A DNA stretch of 64,000 bases from a virus. The notes beneath the pieces are model-generated. The model worked only from the letters and a program-made list of their open reading frames with translations. It was not told the DNA's origin and searched no databases. This document shows, one piece after another, positions 1 to 8,618 of this stretch. The position numbers and the translations under genes were made by a program. How positions within the stretch are numbered: the stretch's first letter is position 1; each line of letters opens with the position of its first letter. The stretch covers positions 1 to 64,000 of IMG/VR virus record IMGVR_UViG_3300027396_000022. One strand, given 5' to 3'.

Positions 1-2
1 AA

Positions 3-341
3 CGCAATTGGGCAGAATGTCGCCGGATTGGCTACCATCTCACCGCATCGTTTGATGGCTGGCAGAATACTGCGAATCTTGCAATCTGCCGCGATGCATT
101 AAAGAATGGCGTGAATGTCGCCGCTGCGTTCAATCTAAAGAAGGGGCAAGATTTGCCTACATTGGCAGAAGTGAGCACAATTGTAGGCGGCAATAGCCTC
201 ACTTTCTTGCCTGTTTGTGATGGTGACTTGACCGACTTCAGGCCTTCTGATCCTACTGGCGGCCACATCATCGGCCTACGCTTCAAGCTACCCCACGGCA
301 TCGCCTACACTGACGCCGAAAAATCAGCCTTCTGTATGTAG
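3..341 (+). CDS. Phage protein, Gp88-like, 5'-truncated by window edge
   Basis: Frame open from nt 3: YHLTASFDG...GVNVAAAF...VCDGDLTDFRPSDP...IIGLRFK. Confidence 0.55.
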   Translation, partial: RNWAECRRIGYHLTASFDGWQNTANLAICRDALKNGVNVAAAFNLKKGQDLPTLAEVSTIVGGNSLTFLPVCDGDLTDFRPSDPTGGHIIGLRFKLPHGIAYTDAEKSAFCM

Positions 342-392
342 CCTGCAGGGCCGCAATTGCGGCCCCATTGTTTACCCTCTCACAATTGCACA

Positions 393-587
393 ATGTTCCA
401 CATCACAACCACAGAATACGGCCAAACTTTCAACGCCGAAACATTCGCCACGTTTGATGAGGCCTGCGACTTTCTGAACATGCTAGAAATCTCTCAGGAA
501 GATGCCTACAGTTTCGAGCGTGAATGTTCCATTGCTGAGCTTAAGCAGCAGATCCTAGATCTTATGACTGAGAATCAAGAACCCTAA
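393..587 (+). CDS. Small acidic hypothetical protein
   Basis: ORF MFHITTTEYGQTF..., follows previous gene. Confidence 0.6.
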   Translation: MFHITTTEYGQTFNAETFATFDEACDFLNMLEISQEDAYSFERECSIAELKQQILDLMTENQEP

Positions 588-723
588 GAGGCCCCCACAA
601 GCTCCCACAAGCGGCCAAAACCTAGCCCGGTATGTTTCATCATGCCGGGCCTTTCTAGCGTCAGGATGCCGATCCTAGGAAGTGCTGGCGGCCAGTCCCG
701 GACTAGCTGTCCTGTAGGGATGA

Positions 724-788
724 GGGATTAACTTTCTCCACAGGGCTGTGGAAAACTAATCCCGACCTCCCAACTCGGGATTAACTTT
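724..788. repeat. Nested inverted repeats with DnaA-box-like 9-mers
   Basis: gggattaactttctccacag-gg-ctgtggaaaactaatccc, then taatcccga...tcgggatta; gggattaacttt occurs twice. Confidence 0.5.
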
Positions 789-955
789 TGCAACAATCCG
801 CCGTGTAACGTATTGTGACAAACGCTTGACATTTGCGCCGATCTAGCCTAGCCTGGAGCAGTAGAAGCTACGCCTGCGGTTTTGGGGCGGCGGTATACAC
901 CAAAAAAAGTGGCGCTATTTTTCACCTGGAAAATTCGACTTCTAAGTATAAATAC

Positions 956-1543
956 TCACCAATTACATAAATGCTCATTGGCTTTCATTTCGCGCCACCA
1001 AGCATGAGAACGTCCTTGTCCACGTTGACAGTCAAGTTGTTCTGGCCACCAATATGCATTCTTTTCAATATTCTGAGAAGCCTCTAGGACCATTAAGTTT
1101 GCTGGTACATGCAAGCCGCATACAAAATCGTTTTGCAAAGGAACAATATGGTCCACGTGAAATGGTGTTTCAATAATTTTTTCTAGCCATTCTGCATGAA
1201 GGTAGTGAGCTTGTATCTCTTTGCGAACAATACCTTTTTGTGCCCATGGAGGACAAGCATTAATTTTTTGTGCTTCTCTCATGCGTTTTATAGCACGAGC
1301 CTTGCCAGGGTTTTCTTTACGCCAACGTTTTACTCTTGCGCGAATCATATGAGCTTTGCGTTTGCCATAGTCACGATTGCGAATGCGTTCTTTTTCTCGA
1401 TTTGCCTCACGGTAGTTATGAGTTCTTGTTTTATCGCAAGTTGAACACCAATTCATTCGCCCGTCTTTATTAGATTTGACTTTATAAAAAGCATTAAAGG
1501 ACTGAAAAGTGCGACATATGGAACAAGCCTTGATTGCTGCCAT
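956..1543 (-). CDS. HNH homing endonuclease
   Basis: N-terminal CxxC...CxxC; HVDHIVPL...VCGLHVPANL...N motif. Confidence 0.9.
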   Translation of the reverse strand: MAAIKACSICRTFQSFNAFYKVKSNKDGRMNWCSTCDKTRTHNYREANREKERIRNRDYGKRKAHMIRARVKRWRKENPGKARAIKRMREAQKINACPPWAQKGIVRKEIQAHYLHAEWLEKIIETPFHVDHIVPLQNDFVCGLHVPANLMVLEASQNIEKNAYWWPEQLDCQRGQGRSHAWWREMKANEHLCNW

Positions 1544-1599
1544 AAATTTAAAAATGCTCCATGGAATATAGCCAGCAAAAAGCTAGTTGCCATACGCTG

Positions 1600-2060
1600 A
1601 AAGCAAGCCGTAGGCGCCGCTTGAAGCGTTTCTAGCAATAGGCAAGACTAATGGAGACGGCCCCAAGCCGTCGTAATGACGCACAAAATCGCGCATTTTC
1701 CTTTCCATCGTTTTTAGCAAGAAGGCGGCCCTCAAAGGCCGCCGTTCAAGCTTTTAAAGATAGAAAAAGCAATTTTTAAGCCCTGTCTGGCACCAAGCAC
1801 ATTTTTGGCGACTCATTACTTAGGAACTGAGTCAGCCTTTTTTGTATTTCGCCCCTCGTTGTGAAAGCTCCGTCCCTTTGGGGGGACTGCGCGGAGGAGA
1901 GCGTCGGGGCTTATCTAGCTTTTTTGTTTATCGTTCCGCGCTTGGGGCGCTTCACTAGCTAGAGACGCTCGGGAGGGGCTAAGCAAGGAGCTGAGTGATT
2001 TTTGACGGCACCTTGCCTACGGCTATCGTATCTCGGCCTGTGGCTCAAACGTGGCTTTTT
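1600..2060. ncRNA. Candidate large structured non-coding element
   Basis: No credible ORF; many nested helices and a perfect 10-bp long-range pair (1606-1615 with 2015-2024). Confidence 0.4.
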
Positions 2061-2206
2061 TCGTATCATGGCGATACAAAACCTTAAAAATCTTCACAAT
2101 CTTTTAAGCATTCATGGAAATCATGGTCGTTTGCTGAAGAATGTATTAAATAATGCATGTAGAGTTTGTAATAAGAACTAGCGTGGTAAAACTACGAACT
2201 ATTGTT

Positions 2207-2398
2207 ATGTTCGGTCTGCCAGAACGTCAGCCATTTAACTATGGTCCCTACAAGCTTTGGCCCTGTTTCAGCAGGCCAGAATTTCAATGGTTTGCAGCGA
2301 TAGACGGGGCTCCTCATTACTTTCGGAGTTTGAACGAGGCGAAGCTCTTCATTAAAGACCGTCTCTCCATGGAAGATGCTGAAAATCCTTGCGACTAA
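2207..2398 (+). CDS. Hypothetical protein
   Basis: MFGLPERQPF...YFRSLNEAKLFI; stop overlaps next ATG. Confidence 0.6.
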   Translation: MFGLPERQPFNYGPYKLWPCFSRPEFQWFAAIDGAPHYFRSLNEAKLFIKDRLSMEDAENPCD

Positions 2399-2538
2399 TG
2401 ACTGAAGAAGAAATGAAAGCTTTTGTCCATCGTTCCATCCGCGAGCATGAGCTGCGTGTGGCGCTATGGTCGGGCCTGCTTGGTGCTGCATTATTAGCTG
2501 GCACTTGGCATGCCATCAGGCTCTGTTATTTGCATTAA
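2398..2538 (+). CDS. 46-aa predicted membrane peptide (not in ORF track)
   Basis: MTEEEMKAFVHRSIREHELRVALWSGLLGAALLAGTWHAIRLCYLH; TAATG overlap. Confidence 0.6.
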   Translation: MTEEEMKAFVHRSIREHELRVALWSGLLGAALLAGTWHAIRLCYLH

Positions 2539-2615
2539 GAAGCATGTGGATAATGGCATTTGCGCTAGCCTTCCTAAGTTAATCGCCAGGGGGCAGCGCC
2601 CCCTTTTGTTGTCTC

Positions 2616-4067
2616 ATGGGACTTAAGGACAAGGCAAAATGTGAGCCAATTGCACGCACGGGAAGGGTTCAAGACTGGCTGGATAATTCCGAAAGTCGCC
2701 TGCCTGTTAGTTGCACGGTTTTCAACGTAGAAGATTCAATGGAGGGGCCAGATGGCATTGAAGCATCTTGGCGGTTTGTTAGCCACGGCTTGCGCAATGG
2801 TGCGGGGGTCGCTGTTCATTTGTCTTCTTTGCGTCCGAGGAATGCTGAAAATGGCAAAGGCTTGGTGGCAAGCGGACCAGTAAGTTTTGGCAAGATTTAT
2901 TCCACGCTTAATGAAATCTTGAGAAGGGGCGGTGTATACAAAAATGGTGCGATAGTGCTGCATCTTGACTATGACTGCCCTGATGCGCTGGAATTTATTA
3001 ATGCATCACGCAGTGAACTGCCTTGGGTGAAGCGTTGCATCAATGTAGATGAGAAGTTTATTGAGAATAGTTCTCAAGAATTTATTGATGCATTGCTGAA
3101 AGGAATTGGCAATGGTGATATTTGGTTGAACAAAATTCGTTTCAATGCAAAAGGCGAACGCATTCGGGCGAATGTATGTTTAGAAGTTTATCTTCCACAT
3201 CGCGGCACTTGTTTGCTGCAGCACGTCAATCTTGGCGCCTGTAGTTTTGAAAATTTGCAAGGTGCTTTCGTTGAAGGCATGACGCAACTTTGCGAGCTTC
3301 ATCCTTCTACTGGCGTTGGTGACACTGGAGAATATCTTTCTCCCACCATTGACAAACAAATTGGTCTGGGCGTGCTCGGCCTGGCTAATTTCCTGGCCAT
3401 CCATGGCATTAGCTACGAAGATTTTGGCTATGCATTGAATGCATTCCTTGCTGAGGATCCTCGTGCATGGTTTGAACAATGGAAAGACACCGTAGCTGGT
3501 GAAGCGGTGTGGCAAATGGATCAGGGTATTCAGAAAGCTGCTGAAATTGCCCGCGAGCATGGCATGGAGCGTGCGTTCTGTATTGCCCCCACTGCATCGT
3601 GCTCCTATCGCTATCTCGATACTCGCGGCTTTACCACTGCTCCTGAAATTGCCCCTCCCATTGGCCGCATTGTTGATCGTGACAGCGGCACGTTTGGCGT
3701 GGAAAGCTTTGATTATGGCGATGTGGAAATTGCTGCTGAAGTTGGCTGGGCGAACTATAAGCGCGTTGCTGATGGCATTGTTTCGCTTTATCAACGCACT
3801 GGGCTTTTCCATGGTTATTCGTTTAATTCATGGAGTGATATGGTCATTTACGACGAAGCATTCCTTCGTGATTGGCTAGAATCTTCACAGACGAGCCTCT
3901 ATTACAGCCTGCAAGTCCTGCCTGATACTCAGCGCAAGGACGATGCATACGCTGCATTGGACGACGATTTTAAGAGCATGTTTGGCTTAGACGAAGAGTC
4001 TGAAGCTGATGAATCTTCTGCGTCTTGCAATTTAGAGGCTGGCTTTTGCGCTGCTTGCGCTGAATAA
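2616..4067 (+). CDS. nrdA: Ribonucleotide reductase alpha subunit, minimal cyanophage class I type
   Basis: RLPVSC, ANVCLE finger loop, IAPTASCS, TSLYY, C-terminal CxxC. Confidence 0.9.
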   Translation: MGLKDKAKCEPIARTGRVQDWLDNSESRLPVSCTVFNVEDSMEGPDGIEASWRFVSHGLRNGAGVAVHLSSLRPRNAENGKGLVASGPVSFGKIYSTLNEILRRGGVYKNGAIVLHLDYDCPDALEFINASRSELPWVKRCINVDEKFIENSSQEFIDALLKGIGNGDIWLNKIRFNAKGERIRANVCLEVYLPHRGTCLLQHVNLGACSFENLQGAFVEGMTQLCELHPSTGVGDTGEYLSPTIDKQIGLGVLGLANFLAIHGISYEDFGYALNAFLAEDPRAWFEQWKDTVAGEAVWQMDQGIQKAAEIAREHGMERAFCIAPTASCSYRYLDTRGFTTAPEIAPPIGRIVDRDSGTFGVESFDYGDVEIAAEVGWANYKRVADGIVSLYQRTGLFHGYSFNSWSDMVIYDEAFLRDWLESSQTSLYYSLQVLPDTQRKDDAYAALDDDFKSMFGLDEESEADESSASCNLEAGFCAACAE

Positions 4068-4097
4068 AAAAGAAGGGGGCTTTAAGCCCCCTTTCTC
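4066..4097. terminator. Stem-loop, possible terminator
   Basis: aagaagggggc-tttaa-gccccctttct with A-run on the left. Confidence 0.55.
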
Positions 4098-4126
4098 CTC
4101 ACACACCACCGAATGATACTACGACC

Positions 4127-4861
4127 ATGACCGTGAAGAGCCCCTATCTGTCGATGATCGCCAAGAAACGGCCTTGGCAGGCGGTGCCTGTTAGCAAGGG
4201 CAAGCTAAAAGAAGGTGGCGAGGACACGATTTACAATTTGCTGGCTCTGCGTCATTTGGAACTGCCCGTGAAGGACTTCTTGGAGCAGGGGCTGCAGCGT
4301 GATCTTCCTTCCACGCCTGGCGTTATTGAAGCGCTGCGTCATAACCAAGACGATGAGCAGCGGCATGACGAGGCACTGAATTATGTGACGGCTGCCCACG
4401 GCACCAATGAGAAAGCTGAAAAGGAAGTGGCAAACATCCTCAAGGCATGGCAGGAGCATCCCGCTCATCCCATTTTGAAAGCTGCCATTTTGGAGCGGAG
4501 TATTTTCTTCGTTGCATTGCCATTTTTCCGTTTCAATGGAGATATTGGCATTCGCACTGTGGCGGCTGATATTAGTCGGGATGAGATTACGCACGTTGGC
4601 GTGCATAGTCTTGTTGCTCGGGAGCTGGGCGAAACTGCTGGTCAGAGCCTGAATAAACTGCGTCGGGCCACTGTATTGTGGGCTTTTGATGCGCTGCAGG
4701 CGAGCACGGATAAGTGGTTGAACAAGGATTTCTGGCTGCGTCAGAGTGATAGCTTGTTTGAGAAGGGCAAAGCTGAAGAGCTGAATGATACGGCTCGCAG
4801 TCGCATGCCTTCTTTCTTTGAAGCTGCTAACAATGATCTGCCCCAATACGGGCGGGCATGA
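4127..4861 (+). CDS. nrdB: Ribonucleotide reductase beta subunit (ferritin-like)
   Basis: DEQRH and DEITH ExxH motifs; adjacent to alpha subunit. Confidence 0.85.
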   Translation: MTVKSPYLSMIAKKRPWQAVPVSKGKLKEGGEDTIYNLLALRHLELPVKDFLEQGLQRDLPSTPGVIEALRHNQDDEQRHDEALNYVTAAHGTNEKAEKEVANILKAWQEHPAHPILKAAILERSIFFVALPFFRFNGDIGIRTVAADISRDEITHVGVHSLVARELGETAGQSLNKLRRATVLWAFDALQASTDKWLNKDFWLRQSDSLFEKGKAEELNDTARSRMPSFFEAANNDLPQYGRA

Positions 4862-4890
4862 TATAGTTAGCTAGTTCCCCCTCTCTTTTC

Positions 4891-4964
4891 GATGGGGCCT
4901 GGGAGGCTAAGACAGCGCTGAGCAGATAGCTCAGAAGAGCCAGGTGCAATTCCTGGCCCTCTCG
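4891..4964 (+). ncRNA. Degenerate tRNA-like cloverleaf (GAT at anticodon position)
   Basis: CTGAG-CAGATAG-CTCAG arm, CCAGG-TGCAATT-CCTGG T-arm, imperfect acceptor stem, 74 nt. Confidence 0.45.
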
Positions 4965-4978
4965 TTTTAATTCTTGTT

Positions 4979-5533
4979 ATGAGCGCGTTCGTCACGTCAG
5001 ACTTGCATCTTGGCCATATCAAGATGCTGAGCTTTTCCCGGCCTGATGGTGAGCTGCTAAGACCATTTTCCTCCATTGAAGAGATGCATGAAACGCTTGT
5101 AGAGCGTTGGAACAAAATGGTCCATGCAAAGGACAGAATTTACATCCTGGGAGACGTGGCTATTCCACGGTCTGGACTGAAAGTGTTAGAGCGTCTCAAC
5201 GGAAATAAAGTGTTAATTCGCGGAAATCATGATATTTTTAAAATTCAAGATTATCTTCCATATTTTGAGGACATTCGTGGTGCCTTCTATCGTGATGGGC
5301 TTATTTTTACGCACATCCCTGTGCATCCAGAAGGTTTAGACGGCAAGCGCTATGTTGGTAATGTGCATGGCCATTTACATTGCCATCGCGTGTTGAACGG
5401 CAATGGAGAAATAGACGAGCGTTATTTTAATGCGTGTGTGGAAGTGAATAATTTTTCTCCTGTAGCATTGGAACATATAAAGGCTTATTTTCAAGCCAAT
5501 GAACGAGCGCCGCACATTCAACACTCCCATTAG
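4979..5533 (+). CDS. Calcineurin-like metallophosphoesterase
   Basis: SDLHLGH, LGD, RGNHD, HIP, HGHLH motifs. Confidence 0.9.
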   Translation: MSAFVTSDLHLGHIKMLSFSRPDGELLRPFSSIEEMHETLVERWNKMVHAKDRIYILGDVAIPRSGLKVLERLNGNKVLIRGNHDIFKIQDYLPYFEDIRGAFYRDGLIFTHIPVHPEGLDGKRYVGNVHGHLHCHRVLNGNGEIDERYFNACVEVNNFSPVALEHIKAYFQANERAPHIQHSH

Positions 5534-5726
5534 GGAGCCATGGAACGCTCCTATTCATAATATTCTTAAAGCTATAGACGCTCACATGGCTTTATATTTT
5601 GTCCATCGTGATCCATGGCATTTAGAGAAGGCGGCCATGCTTAGAGCTTATCTTCATGAACTAAAATCTTACATTCATCGACAAGAAGCAAATGTGGCGA
5701 GTGTGGGCAAAAGCGCTGGGGAGTAA
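5499..5726 (+). CDS. Small phage protein, homolog of 60841..61035
   Basis: TP.R.PWN..IH..LKA.D.H...DPWH pattern shared with the phage B ORF. Confidence 0.8.
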   Translation: MNERRTFNTPIREPWNAPIHNILKAIDAHMALYFVHRDPWHLEKAAMLRAYLHELKSYIHRQEANVASVGKSAGE

Positions 5727-5883
5727 GGAGAGCAATTGTGACAAGGAAGCGGACAAAGTGGCAATTGTCCGCACGCTTATTTTTGCTTCTTATTTGATCA
5801 CTAATATTGCAATTGTTGCTAATGCCTGGCGGCATTGGAATGACAACGAATGTATCCCACAGGCTACAAAAAAGGGGCCTTGA
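5692..5883 (+). CDS. Small membrane protein
   Basis: MWRVWAKALGSK...ADKVAIVRT...IVANAWRHW. Confidence 0.7.
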   Translation: MWRVWAKALGSKESNCDKEADKVAIVRTLIFASYLITNIAIVANAWRHWNDNECIPQATKKGP

Positions 5884-5891
5884 GGCCCCTT
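5868..5891 (-). terminator. Intrinsic terminator of minus-strand micropeptide transcript
   Basis: aggggcc-ttga-ggcccct preceded by an A-run (U-run on minus strand). Confidence 0.75.
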
Positions 5892-5900
5892 ACTTAATGC

Positions 5901-6020
5901 TTAGAACCAGTGAGGCTTGGGTACGTAGGCAACGCCACGATAGACAAGCGAAGCCATTTGAGCTTCACGCAGACGCGCAGCTTTCTCAAGCTGCTGCTTG
6001 ATGAGAGCGAGGGGGTTCAT
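5901..6020 (-). CDS. 39-aa DUF4278-like (YRG motif) micropeptide (not in ORF track)
   Basis: MNPLALIKQQLEKAARLREAQMASLVYRGVAYVPKPHWF. Confidence 0.75.
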   Translation of the reverse strand: MNPLALIKQQLEKAARLREAQMASLVYRGVAYVPKPHWF

Positions 6021-6036
6021 GATGGTTCCCGATGAT

Positions 6037-6092
6037 GCGCGGTCCCGTTCCGTACCGTGCGAGTCATGCACTCCATCGCTGGAGCGAACGTC
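6037..6092 (-). promoter_or_regulatory. Glutamine-II (Downstream-peptide) riboswitch-like element
   Basis: Minus strand CGTTC-GCTCC AGCGAT GGAGT-GCA...GCACGGT-AC-GGAACG-GG-ACCGCGC: P1, P2 and pseudoknot directly upstream of a YRG peptide. Confidence 0.7.
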
Positions 6093-6109
6093 CTTTCAGC
6101 TTAGCATGA

Positions 6110-6199
6110 TGCCCTTGGTGGGATTTGAACCCACATGGGAAAGACTGTGTTCCCTACGGCTTTTAAGGCCGTTGCATAAACCAGTTCTGCTACAAGGGC
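6110..6199 (-). tRNA. tRNA-Leu(UAA), no intron, CCA not encoded
   Basis: GCCCTTG/CAAGGGC acceptor, ACGGC-CTTAAAA-GCCGT anticodon arm, long variable arm, GTGGG-TTCAAAT-CCCAC T-arm. Confidence 0.92.
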
Positions 6200-6202
6200 G
6201 TG

Positions 6203-6345
6203 AGGAGCGAAGGTACTGAGAGCGGAGCTTCAATCCGCCGTTATACAGCTTTTAACCATGGGTCGGCCCATGGCCTTTGCTCCATTGTGGCAACGAACAG
6301 CATCCCCCGATACTGTCCTTTAAAACGCTGGCCAGCGTGCTTCGC
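6203..6345 (-). ncRNA. Candidate structured RNA upstream of tRNA
   Basis: GGAGCAAAGG/CCTTCGCTCC stem enclosing CCATGGG-CCGA-CCCATGG and GCGGA-TTGAAGC-TCCGC hairpins; further hairpins 5'. Confidence 0.4.
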
Positions 6346-6375
6346 GAAAGCTTTGAAATCATAACACGACGATAG

Positions 6376-6639
6376 TCAGGCGTCATATTCTCTTAAGCTT
6401 TCATCGCCATGATGATCTGGCATGTAGTCATCAGTGGTGGCGTCTGCTTCCCAAGAGCGCTCCAGTTGCTCCTCTTCTTTCAGGCGCTTGGCATGAGCCT
6501 TGAGTTTTGGAAGCAATGTAGGAATATATAAGTGTTCAGCAGCAAGAAGCTGGAGAGAAGTTTGCTTGCTAGTAGGAGCATTTTCAAGCAATGCAACAAG
6601 AAACTTCGTTTCCTGCATGGTTAATTTGCAATAAGTCAC
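6376..6639 (-). CDS. Hypothetical protein
   Basis: ORF downstream of TerL on the same strand. Confidence 0.6.
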   Translation of the reverse strand: MTYCKLTMQETKFLVALLENAPTSKQTSLQLLAAEHLYIPTLLPKLKAHAKRLKEEEQLERSWEADATTDDYMPDHHGDESLREYDA

Positions 6640-6670
6640 TTCATGACAGAACTATTGTTTGAAAATCATA

Positions 6671-8041
6671 CTAGGAGATTAGGCTTTCGATCCAGCCAAT
6701 GTCATCATCTTTACTTGCGGCGAGAATGGCACCGGCCATGGCAAATGCTAAGTCGTCAATACCAGTGGCCTTGCCACCAGTCACACTCCATTGCCCGCTT
6801 GGTTTATAGACCACAGTTAGATTTTTGAGCTGCATGATTGCCTTTTCGTGGCGATAGATATTGATTTGCCCTGCATTAAAAAGCTCTCGCATTTTGCTGA
6901 AAGCTTTCATTTTTGAACTGACGGTCCAAGTGAGTTCTGTGATGGGAAGGTCACTGGCCAAGCTTTGAATGGTGCCAGCGCTATTGAACTGGTCCATCAC
7001 AATGGTGTCAAAAATATATAGGCGGTGTTGTTCTTTAATCCAATCTTCTACTGCATTGATATTGACTTCCATCCGTCCGTTGATTTCAAAATCAGCAACG
7101 AAAGAATGGAACTTGTCAACAACCAAAGTGCCGTTCTCATAGTGAACAATGCAAGCAGTGTAGTCGTCGCGGCCAACGCCACCACGGGCGGGGTCAAGGG
7201 CAAGGACGTAAGCTCCTTGGAATTCAGGACGTGGTGGTAGTGCTGCACGGCGATCATCAATACAGGCATCAATTACATCACTATTCACCAGCGCGGAAAG
7301 ATTGCTAGCGAATTGGGCTCCATACTCAACTTTAAATTTTTCGGGATCACGCTGTCTCTCTGTGTCAAGAAACTCTTGCGAAATATTTGGGTTCATCTCC
7401 CACGTTGGGAGATTCACTGCCTGCATGAAAGGGAAACGGCCTGATGATGCTTCTTTGAAATGCTGGTAGAAGATACCGTCAGTTAGCCACGGGGAGGACA
7501 GTTCAAGGATGCGCCCCTTTCCTCCAAACTGAGCGATGGCAGGAGACAATGCGTCATAAATGCCACGGCCTCCACTGTTTGCATCGCCTTCGGTGGCAAA
7601 TGCAAGCTCGTCGAAAACTGCTCCGGCGCAAGCAAGGCCACGAGCAGCCCGGCCAGAAGTGGGGATGGCCTTAAACACGCAATTATTGCTCAGCTCAATG
7701 ATGTCGGCGGTTTCGCGGACAATTTCTTGAGCAAAGGGACTCTCAATGATTAGCTGACGGATGTTGTTTAAAGCAATGCGAGCTTGATCCTGGCTGTTTG
7801 CCACTGTCACCACATACCATCGCTCCCCTTTTCTGACTTTGCGGCGATATTCCTCTTCTAAAACGAAGCACATATAGAGACATGCCACGGCAGCCATCAA
7901 AGTTTTGCCGCTTCTTCGCCCTAATGCCCATACTGCATGCGACTTTCCTGGCTGGAAGAATTCATCCAGAATGCGAGCCTGTGCCGGATAAAGCTCTAGC
8001 TTGAGAGCGTGCTTTGCAAATTGGCTGCAAGTAAGGTTCAC
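6671..8041 (-). CDS. terL: Terminase large subunit (phage A)
   Basis: GRRSGKT Walker A, AVFDE Walker B, ALDPA...DD nuclease acidic residues. Confidence 0.92.
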   Translation of the reverse strand: MNLTCSQFAKHALKLELYPAQARILDEFFQPGKSHAVWALGRRSGKTLMAAVACLYMCFVLEEEYRRKVRKGERWYVVTVANSQDQARIALNNIRQLIIESPFAQEIVRETADIIELSNNCVFKAIPTSGRAARGLACAGAVFDELAFATEGDANSGGRGIYDALSPAIAQFGGKGRILELSSPWLTDGIFYQHFKEASSGRFPFMQAVNLPTWEMNPNISQEFLDTERQRDPEKFKVEYGAQFASNLSALVNSDVIDACIDDRRAALPPRPEFQGAYVLALDPARGGVGRDDYTACIVHYENGTLVVDKFHSFVADFEINGRMEVNINAVEDWIKEQHRLYIFDTIVMDQFNSAGTIQSLASDLPITELTWTVSSKMKAFSKMRELFNAGQINIYRHEKAIMQLKNLTVVYKPSGQWSVTGGKATGIDDLAFAMAGAILAASKDDDIGWIESLIS

Positions 8042-8550
8042 TTGTATTTCAATCGAGATAGAGACTTTAATTCGTCTTTAGGAACAAAATATGCAGGGCG
8101 TCCTCCTGCTGGATCTTTCTTCCATTGTTCCTTCATTGCATCAGCAGCTTGTATCCAACCATGGATGAGCGTAATGCGATTTTCAATTGTGACGAGCACC
8201 AATATCTTATCTGGGCTTTCATCAAGCTGCACTATTAAATCGTAATAATGACGGGAGCGAGTTTTAACATCGATATTGGGAGGAAGATCTGCGGAACCGC
8301 GTTTTGCTTCTGTTTCTTGATAGAGCTTATCTTCCATACCGAGCATGACTGCTACTGCCATTTCGCCTGCAGCGCCGAGCATGTGATAGCGGAGCGCCAG
8401 TTCGCCTTTTTCCGCTTTTTCCCCACCATTGTTCCGGCTTTTTCTGCATTGCTGCTCATTGAGGGCCTGCCTGCGAAAGGCTTCAGTGCGAGCGCGTTGC
8501 CGCTGATCAGCGCTAAAGGCGAAGGTCAGTGGAGGCGCCAGGAAGTCCAT
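8038..8550 (-). CDS. Putative PD-(D/E)xK nuclease-like protein
   Basis: GAAGE...D...IDVKT pattern; overlaps terL start. Confidence 0.5.
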   Translation of the reverse strand: MDFLAPPLTFAFSADQRQRARTEAFRRQALNEQQCRKSRNNGGEKAEKGELALRYHMLGAAGEMAVAVMLGMEDKLYQETEAKRGSADLPPNIDVKTRSRHYYDLIVQLDESPDKILVLVTIENRITLIHGWIQAADAMKEQWKKDPAGGRPAYFVPKDELKSLSRLKYK

Positions 8551-8618
8551 AGTGTGCAGTTTCTACGGACAATGTATACAGGAATTAGACTGAATGCAAT
8601 ACAACTTAGCCATTAGCG

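Noticed and set aside
956-2060. Group I intron housing the HNH gene
   Set aside because: No interrupted host gene and no convincing P7 R/S elements
6198-6208. Yfr1-like motif (GCTCCTCACGC on minus strand)
   Set aside because: Imperfect short match directly abutting the tRNA; likely chance
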